A stretch of DNA of 64,000 nt from a virus (lineage: Duplodnaviria; Caudoviricetes), in IMG/VR virus record IMGVR_UViG_3300005259_000074, positions 1 through 64,000 of that record; one strand, given 5' to 3'. Both the position numbers and the translations under genes were made by a program. Positions 27,641-36,335 of this stretch are shown one piece after another (the first letter of the stretch is position 1; each line of letters opens with the position of its first letter). Below the pieces are notes generated by a model. It searched no databases and was not told the DNA's origin. It saw nothing but the letters and a program-made list of their open reading frames with translations.

Positions 27641-27994
27641 TCACCACACTTTCTGTAGGAAGTGCACGCCAACATACCCACCGGCAACCACGCCGAGGAC
27701 TCCGAGCACGAACACTGCTATCACCACTAACACGATGAGGAGTTCTATGAGAGTGTAGGGATTCCACTTTATGACTTGTGGAATTGGAATTCCCTGTTTG
27801 ACAAGAACTTTCTCCAGTGCGATGGGAAGCCCTGACGAACCGCGGTCTTTGCCTGCATCCATACAAGCGTTGCATGTCCCTTCGCCTTCTGAACCGAGAA
27901 TGGGGTTCCAACACTCGACACATACTTCTTTCCCGCACACGGAGCACGTTCCAACGAAGTACGTCACTTCGTCATTACATGATGGACATTTCAT
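27641..27994 (-). CDS. zinc-finger protein fused to a pilin-like TLIELL transmembrane segment
   Basis: CPSC..CSVC..CVEC..CNAC then NPYTLIELLIVLVVIAVFVLG. Confidence 0.7.
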   Translation of the reverse strand: MKCPSCNDEVTYFVGTCSVCGKEVCVECWNPILGSEGEGTCNACMDAGKDRGSSGLPIALEKVLVKQGIPIPQVIKWNPYTLIELLIVLVVIAVFVLGVLGVVAGGYVGVHFLQKVW

Positions 27995-28017
27995 TCATTC
28001 CTCAATTTCTTGTTAGT

Positions 28018-28219
28018 CTAGCAGTTTTTTGAATGTGAATGGCCCAACAGGACGCTCTCTTTGCCGGTGCTCATCTCGGTGACTTGTAGAATGCTAGAGT
28101 AACTGTAGAAACACTTTTCCGTCGTTTCCTTCGTCCTCATCATTCGAGAACAAGACTGGAGTGTCTGCTGGAAGTTCAGACAGAGTCTTGATGAGTTCTC
28201 CGACAGTGATGTCTTTCAT
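28018..28219 (-). pseudogene. small gene with an apparent +1 frameshift
   Basis: ATGA-coupled MKDITVGELIKTLSELPADTPV...GNDG stops at 28094; removing one A in GGAAAAG continues as KCFYSYSS...KNC to 28018. Confidence 0.35.
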
Positions 28220-28452
28220 GTGATAGCTTCTCCTCCGAGTTTGCCTCTGGTAGAGTCATCGCACGGGAACAATATGTTCTTCGGGTTATCCGCTAGTTCT
28301 TCGGCTAGCTCTACTTCGTCGAACAGGTGATCGTGCAGCGAGTCTTCGAGGTCTCTGTACTCGCTTTTCAGCTCGGGTTCTCCCTCGCACTCGTCCATGT
28401 TCTCGTACACCTGGCCGATCGCCCTCTTCGCTCTGTAGTAAAGTCTGAACAC
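28216..28452 (-). CDS. hypothetical acidic protein
   Basis: GTG after AAGGAG. Confidence 0.6.
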   Translation of the reverse strand: MFRLYYRAKRAIGQVYENMDECEGEPELKSEYRDLEDSLHDHLFDEVELAEELADNPKNILFPCDDSTRGKLGGEAIT

Positions 28453-28453
28453 G

Positions 28454-28825
28454 TCAGTTCTCCTTGAGTTCGACTATGATCGGATCGATGTAGTACTTTT
28501 TGAACAACGCATAGTCCTCATGGCTTAAACCAGTCTTCTCCATGACATAATTCTGTAATGGACGCAGTAGTTTTGCGTCAGTGAAATGCCGCACATGTTC
28601 GATCCTCTCTTCTCTGGAGAAGATCTTCGGCATGGGACGATACCGTGACCTGATGTTTGCTTTCAAGGAACGTTTGAAATCGGGATCTTTCAGCGTGGCT
28701 TGCGCCTCCTTGATGAAATGTTCTACTTGCGGACGCAGATAAGTGATGAGCTCATTATATGGCATCGTAGATGCCACTAGTGGATTCATGTGTCCCTGAC
28801 TCAAGTATTCCTTTGTGAATCTCAT
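28454..28825 (-). CDS. hypothetical protein
   Basis: 123-aa ORF with GAGG RBS. Confidence 0.65.
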   Translation of the reverse strand: MRFTKEYLSQGHMNPLVASTMPYNELITYLRPQVEHFIKEAQATLKDPDFKRSLKANIRSRYRPMPKIFSREERIEHVRHFTDAKLLRPLQNYVMEKTGLSHEDYALFKKYYIDPIIVELKEN

Positions 28826-28881
28826 GGTGTCAATTCCTCATATGTCATAGCATGAATGTTTGGAGTGAAGCGTCAACCTCA

Positions 28882-29184
28882 TCAGTTCTCTTCTGCTTCG
28901 CGGTGATCATCACTGAGATCTTCTTTGTACGTCTTGGCGTCTTCGAATTCTCCTGATATCGCGCTGACGGCTCTCTCGACTTTCTTGAGTATCTCGGTTC
29001 GGAAAGCCTCCTCGCTGCCAGTCCAGATGCACTTCTCTTCGCGGCCGAGAATCTTCACTGGGTAGTACGTCGCTCGTCCAGAACTCCCGTAGTTCGAGCC
29101 CAGCATTCCTTTGTCGTACTCCGCGATAGTGTAACCCGATGACAGGAGCTCGACTGTGTACTGGCTCGTGATTATGAACGTCAT
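28882..29184 (-). CDS. hypothetical protein
   Basis: ATGA-coupled. Confidence 0.6.
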   Translation of the reverse strand: MTFIITSQYTVELLSSGYTIAEYDKGMLGSNYGSSGRATYYPVKILGREEKCIWTGSEEAFRTEILKKVERAVSAISGEFEDAKTYKEDLSDDHREAEEN

Positions 29185-29453
29185 GACTGATGTTCTCCCA
29201 CTTTAAGCGAAGATCCCACTTCATACACGCCGCCCTCTCCGGGACATATGATCTTTCCGCCGTGTTTGCGGTTGTGCGCCTCCATAGTAGCATACCCCGC
29301 CTTCCACTCGGCACCGGTCTTCACGATGCCTGAGACCTCGTGTCGGTAGGACACTTCGTCTTTCAGATCAGCGTATGGCGCTGTGTAGCACACGGCTGGT
29401 GGGAGTTTTGCTGCTTCGAGCAACTCTCTGACAGTGATGAATTTTGCTATCAT
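29181..29453 (-). CDS. hypothetical protein
   Basis: ATGA-coupled. Confidence 0.6.
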   Translation of the reverse strand: MIAKFITVRELLEAAKLPPAVCYTAPYADLKDEVSYRHEVSGIVKTGAEWKAGYATMEAHNRKHGGKIICPGEGGVYEVGSSLKVGEHQS

Positions 29454-29719
29454 ATCCGCGTCTCCGTGACTGCCATTTCAGTCTCGACAGAGGAGATGAG
29501 CTGCATCGCACCGCTGTGCCCCATCATATCAGCCGCTCTGTCCATTACTTTCTGAACCGCGTTATTCTGCGTGATGAGAATTTCATCGCGTTTCTGCCTG
29601 AGGATTGAGAGCTCTTTCTCCACGCGTCTGAACTCTGTGTCCACCGCCCTAAAGGCATCCGTGGATGTGTTCTTCTCTCTGATGAGGGCCTTCAGCTCTT
29701 CGCGATTCATTTCTCTCAT
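29450..29719 (-). CDS. hypothetical coiled-coil early protein
   Basis: First gene behind repeat element A; GGAGA RBS. Confidence 0.65.
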   Translation of the reverse strand: MREMNREELKALIREKNTSTDAFRAVDTEFRRVEKELSILRQKRDEILITQNNAVQKVMDRAADMMGHSGAMQLISSVETEMAVTETRI

Positions 29720-29725
29720 TTCCGT

Positions 29726-29861
29726 TCTCCGTTTGGTGGGAGCCTGTATTAGGTTCCCTTAATGGTAATCAATATACAACCACAACGCACACTTGTACAG
29801 CGACATCCAGAAGAATTTTCACATTTTCTACGTAAGTGGTTAATAATCAACGGGATGTTTC
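29726..29861 (-). repeat. promoter/stem-loop/RBS element, copy A
   Basis: About 85% identical by hand alignment to 36982..37115; CTGTACA-N17-TATATT, GGGAACC...GGCTCCC hairpin, CAAACGGAGA RBS. Confidence 0.9.
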
Positions 29862-29871
29862 TCTAGAGACT

Positions 29872-29909
29872 AAAAAGGACCCTCTATACCTTAATAGAGG
29901 GTCTTAAAA
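29872..29909 (-). terminator. intrinsic terminator
   Basis: GACCCTCTA/TAGAGGGTC stem followed by TTTTT on the - strand. Confidence 0.8.
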
Positions 29910-29919
29910 GAAACTTGAC

Positions 29920-30375
29920 TCACATGATGAGGCAGTTCCAGACGTAAGTGCTGCCGTTGGAAAGAGCAGATCCAGTTCCCGTAGTGAACACTGCGGTGTT
30001 GGATGTTGAGTTAGCCCACACGTTAGCACTACCGCTCAACTCTGCGGCATTGACATTGGCAGGAGATATCACGCAGTGAGGTGTCGTCATCGGAAGAGCT
30101 TCACCGAACGTCACCGTTGCCAGAGTCCCGGGATGAGCTGCACTAGTGCCGGCTGTCACGCTCAACTGGAACGATGTGTTAGACCCTGTGACGGACCCAG
30201 AAGCACCCGTCCCTGCGCCGGTGCCGAGAGACACTGTTGGCGAGGCGGAAGTAGATATGCCTAACACCTTGTAGACACTCGCTATGTTTTGCTGATCCGA
30301 TGTTGTGATGTGATTCACGCGACCCGCTGATATGTCAGCGGTAGACACGTGAACTATGTTTCGTGGGGTTCCCAT
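29920..30375 (-). CDS. putative virion structural (fibre-tip-like) protein
   Basis: Gly/Ser/Thr-rich beta character; in a late-promoter unit. Confidence 0.6.
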   Translation of the reverse strand: MGTPRNIVHVSTADISAGRVNHITTSDQQNIASVYKVLGISTSASPTVSLGTGAGTGASGSVTGSNTSFQLSVTAGTSAAHPGTLATVTFGEALPMTTPHCVISPANVNAAELSGSANVWANSTSNTAVFTTGTGSALSNGSTYVWNCLIM

Positions 30376-30401
30376 TGGTTCAGTCTTTCAGTGAGGAGAT
30401 A

Positions 30402-30881
30402 TCAGAAGCTGTAGGTGAGAGCGGCGAAACCGCTGGCAGCGTTGTCGAAGTCTGCGTCGCCGTCAGCCCACATCCTGCTTCCAGCAGCGTCAGTCCTGCT
30501 GATCCGCCAAGAGGGAGCGCCGGACGAAGTCCCAGCGGGGGCGAACATGGTGTAAGTGTACCCCGACACGGTGGTGACGATCTTCGAATAAGTGTTGTCC
30601 ACTAAGAGCTCGGTCAGCGCGGTGTGAGATGTGGCATCGCTGGTCATCAGTTCGTTGCCGGCCGTCGCGTGAACTGTCCCAGTGCCGTCTATTCCTATCG
30701 AAGCGGCTATCGTCACTCCAGAAAGAGCGACCGTTGTCGGGTTGACTTGGTACGTCAGCTGCGCGAACTTCTGAGCGGACAACGGGATAGCGTCAGTGCC
30801 TTCAGTTATGACCTGTGCGTCTGGAACTTGCATGTAGCCGCCGTACTCGGCGCGGCCGTGCTTGAACGGATTGTAAGACAT
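30402..30881 (-). CDS. putative virion structural protein
   Basis: ATG 30881 after GAGG; YTMFAPAG..SWRISR...ADGDADF..LTY motif typical of structural proteins. Confidence 0.65.
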   Translation of the reverse strand: MSYNPFKHGRAEYGGYMQVPDAQVITEGTDAIPLSAQKFAQLTYQVNPTTVALSGVTIAASIGIDGTGTVHATAGNELMTSDATSHTALTELLVDNTYSKIVTTVSGYTYTMFAPAGTSSGAPSWRISRTDAAGSRMWADGDADFDNAASGFAALTYSF

Positions 30882-30963
30882 TTGAACCTCTTTCTCTTTA
30901 GACTTGAGTTGTCTTAGCGCTGCGAAATGCACGCTTTAAGGCGGTGTTAACACCTTATAAGAT

Positions 30964-30971
30964 TATTTATA
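30964..30971 (-). promoter_or_regulatory. T4-type late promoter TATAAATA
   Basis: Exact consensus upstream of two structural-like genes; palindrome GGTGTTAACACC at 30943-54 just downstream. Confidence 0.75.
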
Positions 30972-30999
30972 GTCTCGCAGAGAAAGATGATAGAGTGTG

Positions 31000-31230
31000 T
31001 CAAACCAGTTCTAACCTCTTTATTAAGACGGCCTCTTTCTTGGCGCTGACGTAGTTGCAGTTCCCCTTGTAGCAGTACTCGCACGTGACTGCGTACTCAT
31101 TGATCATCTTCTCTGGGACATGTCGATAATAGGAGCAATTCTTCTGCTCGGAGTACTCCGAATTTTCGCAACACACGAACCTAGGTGCGCCGTCTTCGTT
31201 TTCGACCATAGTGCACATGTTAGTCTTCAT
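31000..31230 (-). CDS. CRT-family protein
   Basis: MKTNMC...CSYY...C..C..AKKEAVLIKRLELV*. Confidence 0.75.
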   Translation of the reverse strand: MKTNMCTMVENEDGAPRFVCCENSEYSEQKNCSYYRHVPEKMINEYAVTCEYCYKGNCNYVSAKKEAVLIKRLELV

Positions 31231-31451
31231 AAATTCTCCAATACGTAGTTGATCTTGACTTCTCTGACGACTTCTTCATTCCAGCACACTCCAAACTCAC
31301 CGTGCATACATAACTTAGACGGATTTCCGTCGTTGTCTTTTCCTCTAGTCTCAGTGCAGTAGTAATCGCAAGATGCCGAATTCTGCTCGGGAGAAAGACA
31401 CACAACCACCGCTGAACTATTCATCACTCGAACTCGCCCCGAGACCCTCAT
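31227..31451 (-). CDS. CRT-family protein
   Basis: CDYY...C..C..; ends YVLENL*; ATGA-coupled. Confidence 0.7.
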   Translation of the reverse strand: MRVSGRVRVMNSSAVVVCLSPEQNSASCDYYCTETRGKDNDGNPSKLCMHGEFGVCWNEEVVREVKINYVLENL

Positions 31452-31663
31452 ATCTCCTCCAGCTTGCTCTGTAAGTCAGCTTCTACGCGAGCTTTAGTGA
31501 TGCAGCACCTTCCTTCGAACCTGAACACGCACTGGTCGCTGTATTCCCCGTTGAAGTGGTTGACTTTATAGAACTCGCAGTCCATCTGTCGGTACCTCAT
31601 GGGATTGCACGGGTACACTATGAGCGGCGATAAGTAAGTCTCCCTAGTGCACGCTACTGCCAT
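31448..31663 (-). CDS. CRT-family protein
   Basis: VAC..YPC..CEFY..C..CC..ARVEADLQSKLEEI*. Confidence 0.8.
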   Translation of the reverse strand: MAVACTRETYLSPLIVYPCNPMRYRQMDCEFYKVNHFNGEYSDQCVFRFEGRCCITKARVEADLQSKLEEI

Positions 31664-31664
31664 G

Positions 31665-31883
31665 TCAGATGTCCTCCAGACGCTGTTGGACGTCAGCTTC
31701 TCGTATCGCGTCTGCGTTAGTGCAACCTATGTACTTGAATTTGCAGTAAGCTGATTCATAACTATCAGTGTTTCTCACGTAGAACTCGCACTGCTGCTGC
31801 ACTGAGATGATGGGCTTGCACGGATAGATAGCGTCCGCATCTCCTCTGACCCACTTCACACAAGCGACGAACTTCGTGTTCAT
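31665..31883 (-). CDS. CRT-family protein
   Basis: VAC..YPC..CEFY..C..C..AIREADVQQRLEDI*. Confidence 0.8.
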   Translation of the reverse strand: MNTKFVACVKWVRGDADAIYPCKPIISVQQQCEFYVRNTDSYESAYCKFKYIGCTNADAIREADVQQRLEDI

Positions 31884-31884
31884 A

Positions 31885-32106
31885 TCATATGTCTTCTAAT
31901 TTCAATTCTAGATCAGCTTCCGATCTAGCAGATGAGTGTTCACATACCTCATTTTTCCTGTGTGAACACACTGCGTCGACGGAACTGTAACGGCTGGGAC
32001 CACATCTGCAGTAGAACTCACATCTTATCTGTTTTCCAATGTAAGCTGAACACCAGTACTTTCGAAACCAGTCGGGATGATCATCATGCGCACACGCTAT
32101 GTACAT
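31885..32106 (-). CDS. CRT-family protein
   Basis: Start moved to MYIAC at 32106; CEFY; ends EADLELKLEDI*. Confidence 0.8.
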   Translation of the reverse strand: MYIACAHDDHPDWFRKYWCSAYIGKQIRCEFYCRCGPSRYSSVDAVCSHRKNEVCEHSSARSEADLELKLEDI

Positions 32107-32107
32107 G

Positions 32108-32491
32108 TCACAAGTCCTCGTAGACTTCGTTGAAGTGGGCGTTGATCCTCGCAGAACTCCCTTCGCAGACTTCAGAACTCTCGTCTCCGAACTCGCATCC
32201 ACCGCCGGACCTCTGTTTGTAGTACTTGCACTTCGCTTGGAACTTGCGGAGCCTCTTTATCTCCTTCTTGTAGCGGTAGTCTTCGCTCAGCGGTATCTTG
32301 GAGTAGTACTTCGCGAGGTGAGGCCACGTCTCGAGTTCGCACTTCCGCTCCCGCTCAGCGGACTCGAGGAACAGCCGCAGCCAACGCCTAGGCGAACACA
32401 CGTAGTACACGCGAGGAACGCGAAGATCATACAGCAGCGGTTCTTCGCGTTCTATGAGGCAGAGGTTGTCTTTGTCGCTTCGAAATTTCAT
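32108..32491 (-). CDS. extended CRT-family protein
   Basis: C-terminal half CKYY..C..C..ARINA; ends EVYEDL*. Confidence 0.7.
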   Translation of the reverse strand: MKFRSDKDNLCLIEREEPLLYDLRVPRVYYVCSPRRWLRLFLESAERERKCELETWPHLAKYYSKIPLSEDYRYKKEIKRLRKFQAKCKYYKQRSGGGCEFGDESSEVCEGSSARINAHFNEVYEDL

Positions 32492-32721
32492 ATCTCGTCT
32501 AATTTTATATATGCCTCTTCAGCCATAGCCGCTTCGAGGTTTGTGCAGATGCGAGGTGACACTCCAGAAACGTACACACACTTTCCGCCATGGTGCATGC
32601 TCATCTCGTAAAACTCGCAGTCCATCTCTTCGTCTGCTTTACAGAATTTGAAGAAGTATGTGATCGGCGAAGAGGGTTCGCTCGACTTCACGCACGTCAC
32701 TTTCATTCGTGGCCGCTTCAT
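32488..32721 (-). CDS. CRT-family protein
   Basis: CEFY...C..C; ends YIKLDEI*. Confidence 0.8.
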   Translation of the reverse strand: MKRPRMKVTCVKSSEPSSPITYFFKFCKADEEMDCEFYEMSMHHGGKCVYVSGVSPRICTNLEAAMAEEAYIKLDEI

Positions 32722-32915
32722 ATCATGTCTAAGTCCTCTTCACTCTGTAAGTCATACCACGCTTTTACTGAATTGCACCTGTAAGTCATGATGTCGCACC
32801 ACTTGCACTCGCGTTCTCTCTTCCCAAGTTCGAAGTACTTGCACGCAGTCTGCCCACCATCAGGAAGACAGAGCAAGGGTTCATCCAGTAGTTTCAGAGC
32901 TTTTAATTCTTTCAC
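32718..32915 (-). CDS. CRT-family protein
   Basis: GTGA-coupled start 32915; CKYF; ends EDLDMI*. Confidence 0.7.
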   Translation of the reverse strand: MKELKALKLLDEPLLCLPDGGQTACKYFELGKRERECKWCDIMTYRCNSVKAWYDLQSEEDLDMI

Positions 32916-33130
32916 AAGTCCTCCATCTTCCTCTCGAGGTGCGCTTCTTCGCAATAGCACCGCCTCTTGACGTCAAAAGGGTTGTAGAACTTACACGCAG
33001 GCCAGTGAGGCTCCATCTCACCGGCCCTGCGCTGGAAATAAGAACAATCTTCTTGGCCTCTGTTCCAGCGTATGCCACCGCATATCCACATTCTATCTCT
33101 CTGCTCGCAGTAAGAAGTAGCTCTGATCAC
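32912..33130 (-). CDS. CRT-family protein
   Basis: GTGA-coupled start 33130; CSYF..CYCEEAHLERKMEDL*. Confidence 0.8.
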   Translation of the reverse strand: MIRATSYCEQRDRMWICGGIRWNRGQEDCSYFQRRAGEMEPHWPACKFYNPFDVKRRCYCEEAHLERKMEDL

Positions 33131-33360
33131 ACTTCCTCCATAGCGTACGCCAACCTCGCTTCTTCGTTTGTGCACTCGCAGTTGTTCGTGCTGTGTTCAC
33201 AGATAGTTCGGTGATCATAACTCGTCATGTCTATCTTAAAGTACCGGCAAAATCGCTGATTGATAATGGACTGGTATGGAGGGTTGCAAATCCACTCATG
33301 TTTTCTTCCACCGTCAAAAGAGACGCAGAATGATATAGAAGTGTCTATTGCTTTCATCAT
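33127..33360 (-). CDS. CRT-family protein
   Basis: CRYF..CECTNEEARLAYAMEEV*. Confidence 0.8.
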   Translation of the reverse strand: MMKAIDTSISFCVSFDGGRKHEWICNPPYQSIINQRFCRYFKIDMTSYDHRTICEHSTNNCECTNEEARLAYAMEEV

Positions 33361-33587
33361 ATGTCGTCCATCGCTCTGTCTAGCCCTATGTTGGAGATAG
33401 CTTCAGCGCACGTGCAGTCATTTAACAGAGTATTATCGGAGTAAGAGAGGTACTTGCACTTCGACAGCGAAGCATATTCATCCTCCGGCTCATAGTATGC
33501 GCATTTCTCTTTATTTCCGTAGGAGTCAAGAAAACTACAAGCGGGCTTCTTTCCGTCGATCCTCTCTATGCAGAAGTTAGTCCTCAT
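33357..33587 (-). CDS. CRT-family protein
   Basis: MRTNFC..CAYY..CTCAEA..RAMDDI*. Confidence 0.8.
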   Translation of the reverse strand: MRTNFCIERIDGKKPACSFLDSYGNKEKCAYYEPEDEYASLSKCKYLSYSDNTLLNDCTCAEAISNIGLDRAMDDI

Positions 33588-33594
33588 AGATCAT

Positions 33595-33930
33595 TCACCA
33601 CTCCTCTCTTCTAGAGTAAGGAAAAGCTATAGCGTTCAATCCACTACGAGTGAGCTCAGCGACTATGTTGCTAGCGCCGACAGGATTCATCGAGTGCACT
33701 ACGATCTTCGTGTTCTTGAGGTGTCCTTCAGCGATGATCCACCTGACGAGCTCTATCATGTCCCCACCCTCACCTAGGTCGTGGTCAAAGAAAGCGACGT
33801 CGTAGTCGTCCCACTCTATCATTCCCTTAACGCCTTCGACCGTCTTCGCCGGAGCGATCTTGTGTTTCTCGAAGCGCGAGAAGAACCAGTCGATGCGCTT
33901 TTGGTCGTCATCTACGATGAGTATGTTCAT
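33595..33930 (-). CDS. cyclic-phosphate-processing receiver (cREC)-like protein
   Basis: ILIVDDDQKR, FFDHDLG, VHSMNPVG: signature of the cyclic-phosphate receiver family rather than a canonical REC. Confidence 0.8.
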   Translation of the reverse strand: MNILIVDDDQKRIDWFFSRFEKHKIAPAKTVEGVKGMIEWDDYDVAFFDHDLGEGGDMIELVRWIIAEGHLKNTKIVVHSMNPVGASNIVAELTRSGLNAIAFPYSRREEW

Positions 33931-33954
33931 GCAGCTCTCCTGTCAATGATAGTC

Positions 33955-33986
33955 AATATAACCCCCAATTCACAGGATGTAAAGGG
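33955..33986 (-). promoter_or_regulatory. early-type promoter CCCTTTACA-N17-TATATT
   Basis: Directly upstream of cREC and the 11-gene CRT array. Confidence 0.7.
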
Positions 33987-34030
33987 AAATCAGCACAAAT
34001 TTTTAGTTGTTCTACTCAAGAGATTCAACG

Positions 34031-34138
34031 CCAACCACTTATAAGAAAATACGAGAAACTGATGAAGTTCGCTGTACAACGTTCACTTCCAGAGTTATGG
34101 TATACACGTAAGAGGGACAGCGGCGTCCTTCGACAAAC
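34031..34138 (+). repeat. promoter/stem-loop element, diverged copy C
   Basis: CCAACCACTTA..AGAAAAT, GCTGTACA-N17-TATGGT, GGGAC...GTCCT hairpin and CGACAAAC shared with copies A/B. Confidence 0.6.
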
Positions 34139-34159
34139 AGTAAGGAGGAGACTGTTGAT

Positions 34160-34633
34160 ATGTACGCTATTCACGTGACAAGCAAAGACATTCAAACTGG
34201 TTCTCTTCTAGTCAGCAACCAGACTCAACAGCAGACTTATAAGTTGGTTTTTGAACTTTACAACAGAGTCGCGCTACGCTTAGGAATCAACCTTTTCCCA
34301 TCTTACGGATACGCGTATCGCACTGGGCAACCGAAGATCAAATCATTTTCGGGGGTCTCTAAGTTCTACTTAGTTGAGTCTAGCGACGTTCTAGCTTGTG
34401 ATTTGAACTTTTCAGTCTATGTGACTATGGAATCTTTCTTGTCAGCAAGACAGTATGACGGAAGAACTCTCCAAGAACGTCTCTCCAACAGGGAACAATG
34501 TGTAATGAGCAGAGCTGAGGCCTATTTTAAAAACCCTGTTCCGATAGAAAGAGAGGAATTAATTTCACCCTCTTGGAAAATCGTAAGACGCATAGCTTTT
34601 GAGGATATCCAAGATGATACTTTCTCCAACTGA
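34160..34633 (+). CDS. hypothetical early protein
   Basis: AAGGAGG RBS; first gene behind copy C. Confidence 0.7.
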   Translation: MYAIHVTSKDIQTGSLLVSNQTQQQTYKLVFELYNRVALRLGINLFPSYGYAYRTGQPKIKSFSGVSKFYLVESSDVLACDLNFSVYVTMESFLSARQYDGRTLQERLSNREQCVMSRAEAYFKNPVPIEREELISPSWKIVRRIAFEDIQDDTFSN

Positions 34634-34657
34634 TATCATGAAACAGTGAGGTCAGAG

Positions 34658-35764
34658 ATGGCAAGAACAATCGAGTACGAGCAACTACCTTATTACGGTG
34701 TAATCACGATGATGAACACTTGCAACATCAGAGTCCGCGTGACTGAGACTGTTGAAGGCGCTATTAGGCCGATAGTCAGAGTCATAGAAGTGCGCGGAGC
34801 AGGGGCGGTGACATCAGATTTCTCGACGTCGCTGGTGTCTAAAGCTGCCCGAGAGCTGGCTTCTGTGAAGATAGCCTCTTGGAGAGACTCTAATGGACAG
34901 GAAGTGTCTACTATTGGGCCCGATCGCAAGTGTCTCGACGCTCCTGAAGACCTCCGCCAAGAGGTGTTGGACTTCATCGGCGAGAAGATGTTGGACCTCT
35001 ATGCTGAGCTGAAGATCGATTACGACTTCTCGCCGATAACTGCGGTATGTAAAGCTGTGACAGCTTCTGAGAAGTCGTTCGAAGCTGTGTCAAAAGACAC
35101 TCCCACTGCAGAGAGGCTCGCTTTCTCCCCGTTCTTCACCAAGAAGGACCACACAAAGCGTCCGAAGCGAGACTCGTGGTTCACCCCTAGCATTACCAGC
35201 GTTAACGACGGAGAAGCATGCTTGATCAGCACGACTACACCATTAGACAGAAAAGTCATCACAATCATCACTCCTGTAAAAGACAGGTTTTACTGCGAGA
35301 TGGCTTACAGCAAGGTGGTGAAGAACGTGTTCAAGAGGGGGAAGTCGATCCCTTTCACGCGCTGGATGCCAGTCGAGTGTAAGACGCTGAAATGCATAGA
35401 CGATATCATCGACAACGTCGTGAATGCCCACAAGACAATGTACGATATAGACGATGCGGTGATCGCGAGGAAGATGTCTGTCAAAGAGCAGTCTGCTCAG
35501 CTGTTGAAAGATATCGGGATGACTGGGATCGTGTCAAATGACGAGAGAGTAGAAATTAAGGTGTACTTTTCCGCCGAGGAAGATCTGAAAGATAACCGAC
35601 AGCACATGAGAAGCTGGGTCAGGATCAGCCAGAACAAATCCGGCTATTCCCTGGACTCTGCGAGCTTGCCGCCGCTGACTATCGATGATCTGAAGCGAGT
35701 GCTGAGTGTACTTGACGAGAGGGTTACAGACCACGCCGCGGACGTGAAATTAGAAGGTGTGTGA
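34658..35764 (+). CDS. hypothetical protein with tag-like end (KLEGV)
   Basis: ATG 34658 after GAGG; long ORF. Confidence 0.7.
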   Translation: MARTIEYEQLPYYGVITMMNTCNIRVRVTETVEGAIRPIVRVIEVRGAGAVTSDFSTSLVSKAARELASVKIASWRDSNGQEVSTIGPDRKCLDAPEDLRQEVLDFIGEKMLDLYAELKIDYDFSPITAVCKAVTASEKSFEAVSKDTPTAERLAFSPFFTKKDHTKRPKRDSWFTPSITSVNDGEACLISTTTPLDRKVITIITPVKDRFYCEMAYSKVVKNVFKRGKSIPFTRWMPVECKTLKCIDDIIDNVVNAHKTMYDIDDAVIARKMSVKEQSAQLLKDIGMTGIVSNDERVEIKVYFSAEEDLKDNRQHMRSWVRISQNKSGYSLDSASLPPLTIDDLKRVLSVLDERVTDHAADVKLEGV

Positions 35765-36327
35765 TGCAGAAACTCAAGATAAACGAGAAGCGGCTCTGCC
35801 GATTGACATCTAAGATGGCTGCGAGTATCGTCCCGCACATGGAAAGAGTGGAGTACGCGTGGTCGCCGATAGACGATAACGGTCTCATCACACTGAGAGC
35901 CCGCGTCTATGCGAAGGCGTACGACCACGCGTCGTCACACGAAGTGTACTACATTGAACCCGATGACCCTCCACTCGAGAGGAAGAAACAGCACAGGCCT
36001 CTCCTGTGGAGGTACCGCCAGAACGAGGAAGTGTTGAAAAAGGTGCAGACTGACATCGTCGTCCACTTAGATCCATGGCTGTGGCGGACGGAGATCGTCT
36101 TCGACAAGTTAACTAAGCGTCTTGAGACCGCTGTCGTTCCGGCGGCCTTTTCGAAAGAGTCTAACCCTGACTGGGAGTGTTATGTACACGCTTTCTACGA
36201 TAGAGGCAGGAACACCTGCGTGTACAAGGGAAAGAACAACACGGATGTGTACACCTTCTGCTACACTTTCAGGTACATGAAATGGGTGCACGAAGACGAG
36301 ATAATTCGGGCAATGGAAGACCTGTGA
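35761..36327 (+). CDS. hypothetical protein with C-terminal tag (AMEDL)
   Basis: GTGA-coupled; ends IIRAMEDL*. Confidence 0.7.
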   Translation: MMQKLKINEKRLCRLTSKMAASIVPHMERVEYAWSPIDDNGLITLRARVYAKAYDHASSHEVYYIEPDDPPLERKKQHRPLLWRYRQNEEVLKKVQTDIVVHLDPWLWRTEIVFDKLTKRLETAVVPAAFSKESNPDWECYVHAFYDRGRNTCVYKGKNNTDVYTFCYTFRYMKWVHEDEIIRAMEDL

Positions 36328-36335
36328 GTCCGGAC

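Noticed and set aside
30943-30954. Palindrome GGTGTTAACACC as an operator
   Set aside because: Single 12-bp occurrence with no second copy noticed; could be chance or a small leader hairpin.
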